NCBI GenBank assembly: GCA_049437325.1
Contig: JBMTIM010000001.1
Coordinates: 80,738-144,737 of the forward strand
Length of the DNA stretch: 64,000 bases
From: Acidimicrobiales bacterium
GTDB taxonomy: Bacteria; Actinomycetota; Acidimicrobiia; Acidimicrobiales; Aldehydirespiratoraceae
Reading direction: 5' to 3'
In this document: positions 1 through 8,306 of the stretch, piece by piece
How the letters are laid out: each line of letters opens with the position of its first letter
Numbering within the stretch: position 1 is the stretch's first letter
Position numbers and translations under genes: made by a program
The notes under the pieces: model-generated
Told to the model about the DNA's origin: nothing
Databases searched by the model: none
The model's input: only the letters and a program-made list of their open reading frames with translations

Positions 1-289
1 CGCCAGGCATCGGTGCCCGCTCGACGACGGCAGCAGCCGCTGCCTCGGCGACATCGTTGGTGAACGGATCGAAGATGTGATGGGCGTGGATGGAACCGAG
101 TTGGCTCATGATCGCCTCATTGACCTTCGGGTGCCCGTAGCCAACGTTGCAGTACCAGAGCGAGGCCATACCGTCGAGAACCTGACGACCGTCGGACAGG
201 GTCAGGACAGCGCCCTTTCCGGAGACGATTCTGACGAAGTCGGACGTGTCCTTCGCCGGGATGGTGAACGGGTGGAGGAGGTGACTCAT
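1..289 (-). CDS. Class III (omega-type) PLP aminotransferase, N-terminal 96 codons only; gene continues beyond window start
   Basis: My translation of the minus strand from ATG (CAT 287-289) gives MSHLLHPFTIPAKDTSDFVRIVSGKGAVLTLSDGRQVLDGMASLWYCNVGYGHPKVNEAI, a typical class-III aminotransferase N-terminus. It is missing from the ORF track because the window edge truncates it. Track ORF 77..322(+) is its antisense artefact. Confidence 0.7.
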   Translation of the reverse strand, partial: MSHLLHPFTIPAKDTSDFVRIVSGKGAVLTLSDGRQVLDGMASLWYCNVGYGHPKVNEAIMSQLGSIHAHHIFDPFTNDVAEAAAAAVVERAPMPG

Positions 290-308
290 CCTGGAAAGCA
301 TCTCACAT

Positions 309-1085
309 TCAGCGGCCGATGAAACGAGGGGGACGCTTCTCGACAAAGGCGGTCATGGCCTCGGCCGTGTCGACCGTGGTGAACTGGTAGGCCTGCCCGA
401 TCCCTTCGGCCTCCAGCGCCTCCTCGAGTGTCGACGAAAACGACTGGTTGAGCAGTTTCTTGCTGGTGGCCAAGGCGATCGGTGGGCCGGCAAGCAACTT
501 CTCGACGAATTCCCCGACGAGCGCGTCGAGGTCTTCTCGGGGTACCACCCGATTGATGAGGCCCATCTCGTAGGCACGGGGGGCATCGATCACGTCGGCG
601 AGCATCACCAGTTCCTTTGCCCGTTGCATACCCACGATGCGGGGCAGGATGAACGACCCACCGAAGTCGATGTTGAGCCCTCGCCGAGCAAAGATTTCAC
701 TGAACCGGCTCCGGTCGCTGGCCACAACGAAGTCACACGCCAATGCCATGTTGAGCCCAGCCCCGGCGGCGACACCGTCGACTCGGGCGATGGTCGGTTT
801 CGGAAGCGTGTGCAAGGTCTGACAGGCCCGGCCGACCGACCGCATGCTGTCGAGTGGATGGGGTTGACGCTCGGCACGATCACCACCGACGTCTGCACCC
901 GAACAGAAGTCCTCGCCCGCACCGGTGAGCACGAGCACTCGGACCTCGTCATCGCGGGCGACCGCGTCGAACAGATCGTGGAGCGCGTCCCAGCCGCCAC
1001 CGGGTACCGCATTGCGGACCTCGGGTCGGTCGATGGTGATCGTCGCCACGCCCTCGCCCTTGTCGAGGTGGAGGTACTCGGCCAT
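309..1085 (-). CDS. Enoyl-CoA hydratase/isomerase (crotonase family)
   Basis: Track ORF 309..1121. Start moved to MAEYLHL (CAT 1083-1085), which forms an ATGA overlap with the upstream stop. Crotonase motifs ITIDRPEVRNA and VLTGAGEDFCSGADV. Confidence 0.9.
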   Translation of the reverse strand: MAEYLHLDKGEGVATITIDRPEVRNAVPGGGWDALHDLFDAVARDDEVRVLVLTGAGEDFCSGADVGGDRAERQPHPLDSMRSVGRACQTLHTLPKPTIARVDGVAAGAGLNMALACDFVVASDRSRFSEIFARRGLNIDFGGSFILPRIVGMQRAKELVMLADVIDAPRAYEMGLINRVVPREDLDALVGEFVEKLLAGPPIALATSKKLLNQSFSSTLEEALEAEGIGQAYQFTTVDTAEAMTAFVEKRPPRFIGR

Positions 1086-2062
1086 CAGGCGTCCCTGCGT
1101 TCGACGCCGGGGAGGATGCACAGCATCTCGTAGACGAGATCAGAGGCGACTCGGCTGGTCATACCGGAGACGTCGTAGATCGGTGCGACTTCGACGAGGT
1201 CGCACCCGACGACGTCCAGCCCCCAACAACCCCGAATGATCTCGATGCCTTGCGCACTGGTCAGCCCTCCTGTCTCCAACGTGCCGGTCCCCGGTGCATA
1301 GGCCGGATCCAGACCGTCGATGTCGAAACTGATGTAGACGGGACCGCCCGAGACCTTCTCCCGCACCTCGCCCATCAGTGGGGTCAGGCTCCTGTGCCAG
1401 CACTCTTCGACCTGCACGACACGGAATCCTTGCTCACGGCTCCAGTCGAAGTCGTCGGCGGCGTATCCCGTGCCACGGACGCCGATCTGCACCACTCGAT
1501 CGCCGTCGAGCAGGCCTTCCTCGACCGCACGCCGGAACGGGGTGCCGTGTGCGATTTTCTCGCCGAACATGTCGTCGTTGATGTCGGTGTGCGCATCGAC
1601 GTGGACGAGCCCGAGAGGACCATGCCTCTTCGCCAGCGCCCGCAGGATGGGGAGAACGATCGTATGATCACCCCCCAGCGCCACCGTTGTCAGCTCGTGC
1701 GCCATCAAGGTGTCGACGTAGGCCTCGATCCGGGCGACCGAGTCGTTTTTGTCGAAGGCATTGGTGGCGATGTCACCGAGGTCATCGATGCGCAGACTGT
1801 CGAAGGGGGCAGCTCGCGTCGCCATGTTGTAGGGCCGAATCATCACCGACTCCTCGCGAATGCCGCGCGGACCGAATCGGGCACCGGGTCGGTTGGAGGT
1901 GCCCAGATCGAACGGCACACCGAACACGGCGACGTCGAGGTCGGCCGGACCGCTTCGGCCCGGGAGGCGCATGAAAGTCGTGATGCCGGCGAACCGCGGC
2001 ATTTCGTTGCCTCCGAGCGGTTGCGGGTTGCCAGAGGCGCTGCCCGGAGGTCCCCCGGGCAT
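1085..2062 (-). CDS. Agmatinase-type ureohydrolase (arginase fold); could also be a guanidino-acid hydrolase
   Basis: Track ORF 1085..2098. Mn-binding motifs GGDHTI, HVDAHTDIND and SFDIDGLDP. Start set at MPGGPPG (CAT 2060-2062), an ATGA overlap with the upstream LLM stop. Confidence 0.85.
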   Translation of the reverse strand: MPGGPPGSASGNPQPLGGNEMPRFAGITTFMRLPGRSGPADLDVAVFGVPFDLGTSNRPGARFGPRGIREESVMIRPYNMATRAAPFDSLRIDDLGDIATNAFDKNDSVARIEAYVDTLMAHELTTVALGGDHTIVLPILRALAKRHGPLGLVHVDAHTDINDDMFGEKIAHGTPFRRAVEEGLLDGDRVVQIGVRGTGYAADDFDWSREQGFRVVQVEECWHRSLTPLMGEVREKVSGGPVYISFDIDGLDPAYAPGTGTLETGGLTSAQGIEIIRGCWGLDVVGCDLVEVAPIYDVSGMTSRVASDLVYEMLCILPGVERRDA

Positions 2063-2934
2063 CACATCACTCCACCGAGCGAGGCTGCGAGCTCCCACGT
2101 TGCGTCCAGCGATTCACCCGTGCCGAGCACGTTCATCGCGATCTCGTCGACGCCGGCCGCCTTGTAGGCCTCGAGCTGGGAACGAACCGATCCGGGATCA
2201 CCCGCCAGCACCATGTCGGCGGGTCCTTCCATCCCTTCGCGATCGAGCATGGCTCGATACGACGGCAGTTGGCCGTAGATGGCGAGCGCCTTTCCGGCGA
2301 ACTCGCGAGCAGCCGGCACGTCGTCGGTGATGAAGATCGGTACGCCCGCCGCGATGTGACCGTTCCCGATACCGGGCCGAATATGCGACTCGATCGTCTT
2401 CGGGCCAGTCATCCACGTGATGGTGCCCGCTGTGCGCTCGGACGCGAGCTTCAGCATCTTCGGACCGAGTGCGGCGAGCATGACATCGGGGGTGGGTCCA
2501 GGAACGTTCAACGACGTGTGATGGGTGACGAATTCGCCGGTCGTGGACACCTGCTGGTCTTCGAGCAGGGGGAGCAGTGCGTCGAGATATTCGACCATGT
2601 GGGTGTAGGGCTTGGTCCACGGGATGCCAAATGCCAACTCCATGGCGGGCTGGTGGCTGGCACCGAGCCCGAGGGTGAAGCGGCCACCGCTCGCCTGGGC
2701 GATCGTGCGGGCTTGGGCAGCGAGGTTCTGGGCGAAGGTGGTCTGCATGGCAACCACCGATGTGCCGAGTCCGATGTCGGCAACCTCACGACCCACGATC
2801 CCGAGCACGACCATCGGATCGGCATTGCTGATCTGGGGAGACCAGTAGCGATGGCATCCCGCGGCACGCGCTCGTTCCGCGTTCGCAACCGCATCGTCGA
2901 CAGTTGTGGCGGAATCGAACCAGCTGATTTTCAT
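2062..2934 (-). CDS. LLM-class (luciferase-like) F420-dependent oxidoreductase
   Basis: Track ORF, 290 aa. MKISWFDS...GLGASHQPAMELAFGIPW is a luciferase-like monooxygenase fold common in actinobacterial F420 enzymes. Confidence 0.8.
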   Translation of the reverse strand: MKISWFDSATTVDDAVANAERARAAGCHRYWSPQISNADPMVVLGIVGREVADIGLGTSVVAMQTTFAQNLAAQARTIAQASGGRFTLGLGASHQPAMELAFGIPWTKPYTHMVEYLDALLPLLEDQQVSTTGEFVTHHTSLNVPGPTPDVMLAALGPKMLKLASERTAGTITWMTGPKTIESHIRPGIGNGHIAAGVPIFITDDVPAAREFAGKALAIYGQLPSYRAMLDREGMEGPADMVLAGDPGSVRSQLEAYKAAGVDEIAMNVLGTGESLDATWELAASLGGVM

Positions 2935-2971
2935 GACCGCACCCTAACGGAGTGGCTCCGGACGGGAGCTG

Positions 2972-3604
2972 CTACATCCGGTCGAGGAGCTCACGCTTCT
3001 TCTGCTCGAATTCCTCGTCGGTGACGACACCCTGGCGGCGGAGTCGATCGAGTTGCTCGATCTGCTCGGGGATCGAGCGTTCGTGCGTAGATGCATCGGA
3101 CGCGGCGCGACCGAGTCGATGCAACCGACGATCTTGGAGACCTTCGACCTGACGATAGATCTCGTTCTGCACGAGATTCGGCCTCCGTATGTCGGAGAAC
3201 TGCTGACGACCGCCCTCGCCGGCCGACTCGATGCCGAGATCGCCGGCACCGATCATGCGCTCGAAGATCGACTGGTTGAAGAACACGGTATTGATCCGGT
3301 CGAGCGGTATCTCGATACCCGTCTTCGAAATGACCCCTCGGCGGGAGACGACTCGTTCGCTCGTGACGACGAAATTGGTGGTGTTCCACACCAGGTATTG
3401 GATCCCGACGTATCCAACGGTTCCGACCCACACAATGAAAACGACCCAGCCGACCAGGGCAGGCCATGCGTTCACCAGGACAAGACCACCGAGAAGTGTG
3501 ACGAGTGCGAGCAGCGCACCGGCGGGCGCCAGGAACCACCAGTGCGGACGGAGATCGAGGACGAGATCCTCGTCCTCGGTCAGCAGGTGCTTCGGGAATG
3601 CCAT
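2972..3604 (-). CDS. Membrane-anchored bacterial PH-domain (YdbS/YdbT-like) protein with C-terminal SHOCT domain
   Basis: Last 210 codons of track ORF 2972..5056. Start at MAFPKHLL (CAT 3602-3604). Two TM helices, a bPH core (VVTSERVVSRRGVISKTGIEIPLDRI) and a SHOCT-like tail IEQLDRLRRQGVVTDEEFEQKKRELL. The upstream part of the track ORF is an alternative frame of arsJ. Confidence 0.8.
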   Translation of the reverse strand: MAFPKHLLTEDEDLVLDLRPHWWFLAPAGALLALVTLLGGLVLVNAWPALVGWVVFIVWVGTVGYVGIQYLVWNTTNFVVTSERVVSRRGVISKTGIEIPLDRINTVFFNQSIFERMIGAGDLGIESAGEGGRQQFSDIRRPNLVQNEIYRQVEGLQDRRLHRLGRAASDASTHERSIPEQIEQLDRLRRQGVVTDEEFEQKKRELLDRM

Positions 3605-3624
3605 GGGCAAAGCGTACTGCGCGC

Positions 3625-4827
3625 TCACCCGGTGGTCCCTGCGTCGACCGGTACCGGTGGCGGGAGGCGCAGCGTGAGCAGCCAGGTGATCCCCACGAAC
3701 ACGGCGGACCCCCACATCGCAACCTCGAACCCACCCCAGAGGTAGAGCGCGCCGCTGAGGAACGTCCCGACGAGACGACCCACGGCGTTGGCCGAGTAGT
3801 AGTAGCCGACATCCATGCTGACTCCCTCGTCGGCCGCATACGCCAAGATCAGATACGAGTGGAGACTCGAGTTCACGGCGAAGACGATCCCGAAGACGAT
3901 CAAGCCACCGGCCACGGCCGGGATTCGCACATCCTCGAAGGTCACGGCCACGGCGATCGCCGCCGAGACGACGCCGAGTCCAAACGCCCATCGCTGCGCT
4001 GCGGCGATGTCGTCGCCCGGGCCGAGCAGGCGCGGCGCCATCGATTGCACCAGGCCGTAGCCGACCAACCACGCTGCGAGGAAGGCGCCCGTTGCCTCGA
4101 ACGACCAGCCGAACGCGTCGTCGAGAAAGACGGGCAGCGCCACCACGAACCAGATGTCGCGCGACCCGAACAGGAACATTCGAGCGGCAGAGAGTCGGTT
4201 GACGGCGACTGAGGTGGACAGCACGGAGGCGAGCGGCGGCTTCTCCTTGGCTCTCCCGATGTCCTCGTCGAGAAGGACTGCCACCGCCACCAGCGCCACA
4301 GCGATGCACGCCGCCATGGAACGCAGGGCTCCCTGATACCCGAGCGCCGAGAGCAGGGAAGCACCGAGAAAGAACCCGAGGCCTTTCAGCGCGTTTTTCG
4401 AGCCGGTCAGCACTGCTACGAACCGGAAGAGCGAGCCCTGCGGGGCAACGAGCTTCACCGCGCTCTTCGAACTCGTCTTCGTGAGATCCTTCGCGATCCC
4501 CGACAGCGCCTGGGCCGCCATCACGTACAGCACCGAGATCCACTCGACCCACGTCGTGCCGTGCAGCGACAGCGCGAGGAGCGCAACGACCTGGAGGACA
4601 AGCCCTGCCAACAGCGTCTGGGCGAGGCCGCGACGGGCACCGAGCCAGCCACCGAGCAGGTTGGTGGCCACCCCCATGGCCTCGTAGAGCAGGAACAGGA
4701 AGGCCAGCGCAATCGGCGAGTAGCCGAGATCGTGGAAATGCAGCAGGACGAGCATCCGCAGCGCCCCGTCGGTCAGGGTGAACGCCCAATAGCCGACGGT
4801 GACGACGACGTAGTTGCGGGTCTTCAT
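3625..4827 (-). CDS. arsJ: Organoarsenical (1-arseno-3-phosphoglycerate) efflux MFS permease ArsJ
   Basis: Track ORF, 400 aa. The N-terminus MKTRNYVVVTVGYWAFTLTDGALRMLVLLHFHDLGYSP...NLLGGWLGARRGL matches my recollection of ArsJ permeases. It is ATGA-coupled to an upstream GAPDH, the canonical ArsJ partner. Confidence 0.85.
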   Translation of the reverse strand: MKTRNYVVVTVGYWAFTLTDGALRMLVLLHFHDLGYSPIALAFLFLLYEAMGVATNLLGGWLGARRGLAQTLLAGLVLQVVALLALSLHGTTWVEWISVLYVMAAQALSGIAKDLTKTSSKSAVKLVAPQGSLFRFVAVLTGSKNALKGLGFFLGASLLSALGYQGALRSMAACIAVALVAVAVLLDEDIGRAKEKPPLASVLSTSVAVNRLSAARMFLFGSRDIWFVVALPVFLDDAFGWSFEATGAFLAAWLVGYGLVQSMAPRLLGPGDDIAAAQRWAFGLGVVSAAIAVAVTFEDVRIPAVAGGLIVFGIVFAVNSSLHSYLILAYAADEGVSMDVGYYYSANAVGRLVGTFLSGALYLWGGFEVAMWGSAVFVGITWLLTLRLPPPVPVDAGTTG

Positions 4828-5849
4828 TCCCGGGACGACGAAAGCTCGCCCGCAACCCGCGCCGCAAGATCGGCGAGTCGGAACGCATAGCCGTACTCGT
4901 TGTCGTACCAGACGAGCACCTTCGCCAAACGACCATCGACCACTGTCGTGGACGGACCGTCCACGATCCCCGAACGGCTGTCGTTGACGAAGTCAGCCGA
5001 GACGAGGGGTCGATCTTCGAAGCCGAGGATCCCCTCCAACTCACCGTTCGCCGCAACCCGGAGTCGGTCGTTGATCTCGTCGGCCGTCACGTCGCGCCCG
5101 AACGTGAACACTGCATCGGTGAGCGAGGCGTTGAGGAGCGGGACCCGCACGGCGAGCCCGTCGAGCTTGCCCTGCAGTTCGGGGTAGATCATCGCAATGG
5201 CCGTCGCAGACCCCGTCGAGGTGGGAATCAGTGAGTTCAACGCAGAGCGAGCTCGCCGCAGATCCGGATGCGGAGCATCGACGATCACCTGGGTGTTTGT
5301 CACATCGTGGATCGTTGTGAGGACGCCCCGCTCGATCCCGATCTGTTCGTGCAGAACCTTCACGACCGGCGCCAACGAGTTGGTGGTGCAGGATGCTGCG
5401 GTGAGGATGTCGTGCTCGGCGGGTTCGTAGACCTCGTCGTTGCAACCGACAACGACGTTGGGAACCCCCGGACTCGCCACCGGTGCTGCAACGATCACCT
5501 TGCGGGCACCGGCGGTGAGATGCGGCTCGAGGGTCTCCATCGTCTTGAAGGCCCCAGTCGCTTCGAGGACGATGTCCACCCCGAACTCGCGCCACGGAAT
5601 GCGTTCCGGTTCCTCGAACGACGAGTAGCCGACCCGTGCTCCGTCAACGAGCAACGCGTCACCGTCGACGGCGACCTCACCGTCGTAGCGGCCATGGACC
5701 GAATCGAACTCGAGCAGATGCGCTGCCGTCGCGACATTCCCGGCGAGTTCGTTCACATGGACGACCTCGAGATCGACATGGCGCTGCAGACCCCTCACAG
5801 CGAGCCGTCCGATCCGTCCGAACCCGTTGATGCCCACAGACGTCGTCAT
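4824..5849 (-). CDS. gap: Type I glyceraldehyde-3-phosphate dehydrogenase (ArsJ-associated)
   Basis: Track ORF, 341 aa. Motifs INGFGRIGR, catalytic ASCTTN and WYDNEYGY. The stop overlaps the arsJ start (ATGA at 4824-4827). Confidence 0.9.
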   Translation of the reverse strand: MTTSVGINGFGRIGRLAVRGLQRHVDLEVVHVNELAGNVATAAHLLEFDSVHGRYDGEVAVDGDALLVDGARVGYSSFEEPERIPWREFGVDIVLEATGAFKTMETLEPHLTAGARKVIVAAPVASPGVPNVVVGCNDEVYEPAEHDILTAASCTTNSLAPVVKVLHEQIGIERGVLTTIHDVTNTQVIVDAPHPDLRRARSALNSLIPTSTGSATAIAMIYPELQGKLDGLAVRVPLLNASLTDAVFTFGRDVTADEINDRLRVAANGELEGILGFEDRPLVSADFVNDSRSGIVDGPSTTVVDGRLAKVLVWYDNEYGYAFRLADLAARVAGELSSSRE

Positions 5850-5916
5850 GCCTCGAAGTCTCGCTCATCGTCGGTAGCACGGCGGCGTCGCCAGGGTGAA
5901 CACTCGGAGAACCGAA

Positions 5917-5926
5917 CCACCGGTGG
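5917..5926. promoter_or_regulatory. 10-bp palindrome CCACCGGTGG between metallopeptidase gene and gap-arsJ
   Basis: Seen directly, about 70 nt upstream of the GAPDH start. It could be an operator (ArsR-type?) or a chance palindrome in GC-rich DNA. Confidence 0.25.
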
Positions 5927-5970
5927 CCCGATGCCGGACATCGAGCACCAGCATTTCGCCGCGAACCTGT

Positions 5971-6315
5971 TCATCCCCATCCCCACTCGTGCAGTCTGTC
6001 GTCGTCGATCCCGAAATGATGCGCAATCTCGTGCACCACGGTGATGGTCACCTCCTCGACCAGTTCCTCCTCGTTTCGAACGAAGTCGCACAACGGCAGG
6101 CGATAGAGCGTGATCAGGTCCGGCATCACGAGTCCGCCGTAGTCATCGCGCTCGGTGAGAGGTACGCCTTCGTACAGGCCGAGCAGGTCGTCGGTGGGGT
6201 GCCGATCCTCCACCACCACAGCAACGTTCTCCATCAGACGGCCCAGCTCCTCGGGGAGGGCGTCGAGTGCCTCTGCGACCAGGCGCTCGAACGCTCGACG
6301 AGGCATCGGTTCCAT
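5971..6315 (-). CDS. Small zinc metallopeptidase family protein (minimal zincin, DUF1025-like)
   Basis: Track ORF, 114 aa, acidic. HExxH motif (VVHEIAHHFG) close to the C-terminus. Confidence 0.75.
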   Translation of the reverse strand: MEPMPRRAFERLVAEALDALPEELGRLMENVAVVVEDRHPTDDLLGLYEGVPLTERDDYGGLVMPDLITLYRLPLCDFVRNEEELVEEVTITVVHEIAHHFGIDDDRLHEWGWG

Positions 6316-6350
6316 ACCCGCAAACTACCCAGCCCGCCTAGGGTCAAGGA

Positions 6351-8306
6351 GTGGTCGAACGTCTCGGCGATGCCGACGTCCTCTTGGAGGACCTCACCGA
6401 CGAGCAGCGCGACGCGGTCACGACCAGAGCGAGCCCGCTCGCGATCATTGCTGGTGCCGGTTCCGGGAAGACCAGAGTGCTCACCCGCCGCATCGCTTGG
6501 CAGGCCACGACCGGCGCCATCGACCCCCGCAAAGTGCTTGCGGTCACCTTCACCCGACGCGCGGCGGGTGAACTCCGCCGCCGGACCCGAGCGCTCGGTC
6601 TGCGCGACGACATCGCAGCCGGCACCTTTCACTCGATCGCCCTTGCGGTTCTCCGCAACCGGTGGGCCGATGCGGGCCGGAAGCCGCCTGAACTGCTCGA
6701 CCGCCGCATGTCGTTCCTCGCACAACACAATCCGAAGCTCGACCGCGCCACCATTGCCGACATCGACGCCGAGATCGGCTGGTCGCGGGCCCGACTGATC
6801 ACACCGGCTGCCTACCCTGACGCTGCCGCGGCCGCCGGCCGACGGCCCGGCCGCGGGCTCGCGTTCGTGGCGAAGGTGTACGCCGACTACGACGAGGCCA
6901 AACGAACACGGCGGCTTGTCGATTTCGACGACCTCCTCGCCCTGTGTCATGCGACGATGACCCAAGACGAACAGTTCGCCGCTGCGCAACGCTGGCGACA
7001 CCGCCACCTGCTCGTCGACGAGTTTCAGGATGTGAACCCCCTCCAGTTCGCGCTCCTTCAATCGTGGCTCGGCCCGGACTCGACGCTCGTCGTGGTTGGG
7101 GATCCCAACCAAGCCATCTACGGCTGGAACGGCGCAGAACCGGATCTGCTCGACAACATCGGTGATCACCTCCCCGGTACCGCAGTGCTTCGACTCCGCA
7201 CCAACTTTCGGTCGACCCCAGAGATCCTCGGAGCTGCAGCGCGAGTGCTCGGCATCGAACCCCAACCAGCAGCTCGTCCGGCCGGTGATGAACCAACCAT
7301 TCGCGAACTCGACGGCGAGAGCGAGGCGATCGCGATCGCCCGTTCGGTCCGCGGCGCCCACAAGCCGGGCGCTCCATGGCGGCACCAGGCGATCCTCGCC
7401 CGGACCAATGCCCAACTGCCGGCCCTGCGGTCTGCGCTGGAGCGAGCCGGCATTCCGACGCGCTCGCGTGGCGATGGGGCACTGCTCCGCCGACCCGAGA
7501 TCATGGAACTGCTCGACGGGTGGAACGACGACATGCCCCTGAGCGACGTGTTGACGGAGGCATCGATCGACCCACCCGATCACGCCGAGGGTCTCAGCGA
7601 AGAGCGTCGCATGATGGTGCGCGCCTTCCTCGACGTCGCCCGGGGCCACCTCGAACTCGAGCGGCGCGCAACGGTCGCCGACTTCACCGCATCACTTCGC
7701 AACGACGACCGCGTCGACGGTGTCAACGACGGCGTCGACTTGGTGACATTCCACGCCGCCAAGGGTCTTGAATGGCCGATCGTCCATCTTGTCGGAATCG
7801 AAGACGGCTACGTGCCGATCGCCCACGCACGTGGTGTCGCAGCGCGCAGTGAGGAACGTCGGCTTCTCTACGTTGCGGCCACGCGCGCCGAGCGCCAGCT
7901 CCACGTTTCGTGGGCCCGAACTCGAGAGATCGGAAGTTCGCTGGTCGAGCGACACCCATCGCCGTGGATCGACGCATTCCGCGGCGATCCTGCGCCGCTT
8001 CCCGACGAACGCCCCTCGATTGCAAATCTCCGGGCAAAAATCGCAGCCGTTCCCGAGACCGACCTGACCGTGACGGATCGCACCGAACGGGACCATGTCC
8101 GAGACCAGTTGTTGTTGTGGCGCGAGGACGCTGCAGAACGGGCCCGCGTCGCACCGACCGCCGTGCTGTCGGACTGGACCGTCGAGCAACTCTCGATCGA
8201 GCGTCCCTGTCGCATGGACGAGCTCGCTGCCATCGACGGGATGGGCCAGAGCCGCGCTCGACGCTTCGGCCTCAAGCTGCTGGAAATCACCTGCCTCGAC
8301 GACTAG
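6351..8306 (+). CDS. UvrD/PcrA-family SF1 DNA helicase with C-terminal HRDC-like domain (UvrD2-like)
   Basis: Track ORF, 651 aa, GTG start. Helicase motifs AGAGSGKT, LVDEFQDVN, TFHAAKGLEW and YVAATRA. The C-terminal segment ERARVAPTAVLSDWTVEQL...IDGMGQSRARRFG is HRDC-like. Confidence 0.85.
   Translation: MVERLGDADVLLEDLTDEQRDAVTTRASPLAIIAGAGSGKTRVLTRRIAWQATTGAIDPRKVLAVTFTRRAAGELRRRTRALGLRDDIAAGTFHSIALAVLRNRWADAGRKPPELLDRRMSFLAQHNPKLDRATIADIDAEIGWSRARLITPAAYPDAAAAAGRRPGRGLAFVAKVYADYDEAKRTRRLVDFDDLLALCHATMTQDEQFAAAQRWRHRHLLVDEFQDVNPLQFALLQSWLGPDSTLVVVGDPNQAIYGWNGAEPDLLDNIGDHLPGTAVLRLRTNFRSTPEILGAAARVLGIEPQPAARPAGDEPTIRELDGESEAIAIARSVRGAHKPGAPWRHQAILARTNAQLPALRSALERAGIPTRSRGDGALLRRPEIMELLDGWNDDMPLSDVLTEASIDPPDHAEGLSEERRMMVRAFLDVARGHLELERRATVADFTASLRNDDRVDGVNDGVDLVTFHAAKGLEWPIVHLVGIEDGYVPIAHARGVAARSEERRLLYVAATRAERQLHVSWARTREIGSSLVERHPSPWIDAFRGDPAPLPDERPSIANLRAKIAAVPETDLTVTDRTERDHVRDQLLLWREDAAERARVAPTAVLSDWTVEQLSIERPCRMDELAAIDGMGQSRARRFGLKLLEITCLDD

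Noticed and set aside
3605-5056. N-terminal 480 aa of track ORF 2972..5056; likewise the upstream extensions of ORFs 30657..32567, 14972..16369, 10455..11813, 61160..63088, 39477..41375 and 38197..39627
   Set aside because: These extensions run through neighbouring, independently supported genes in a different frame. The homology-like sequence begins only at internal start codons, several of which form ATGA/GTGA overlaps with the upstream stop.
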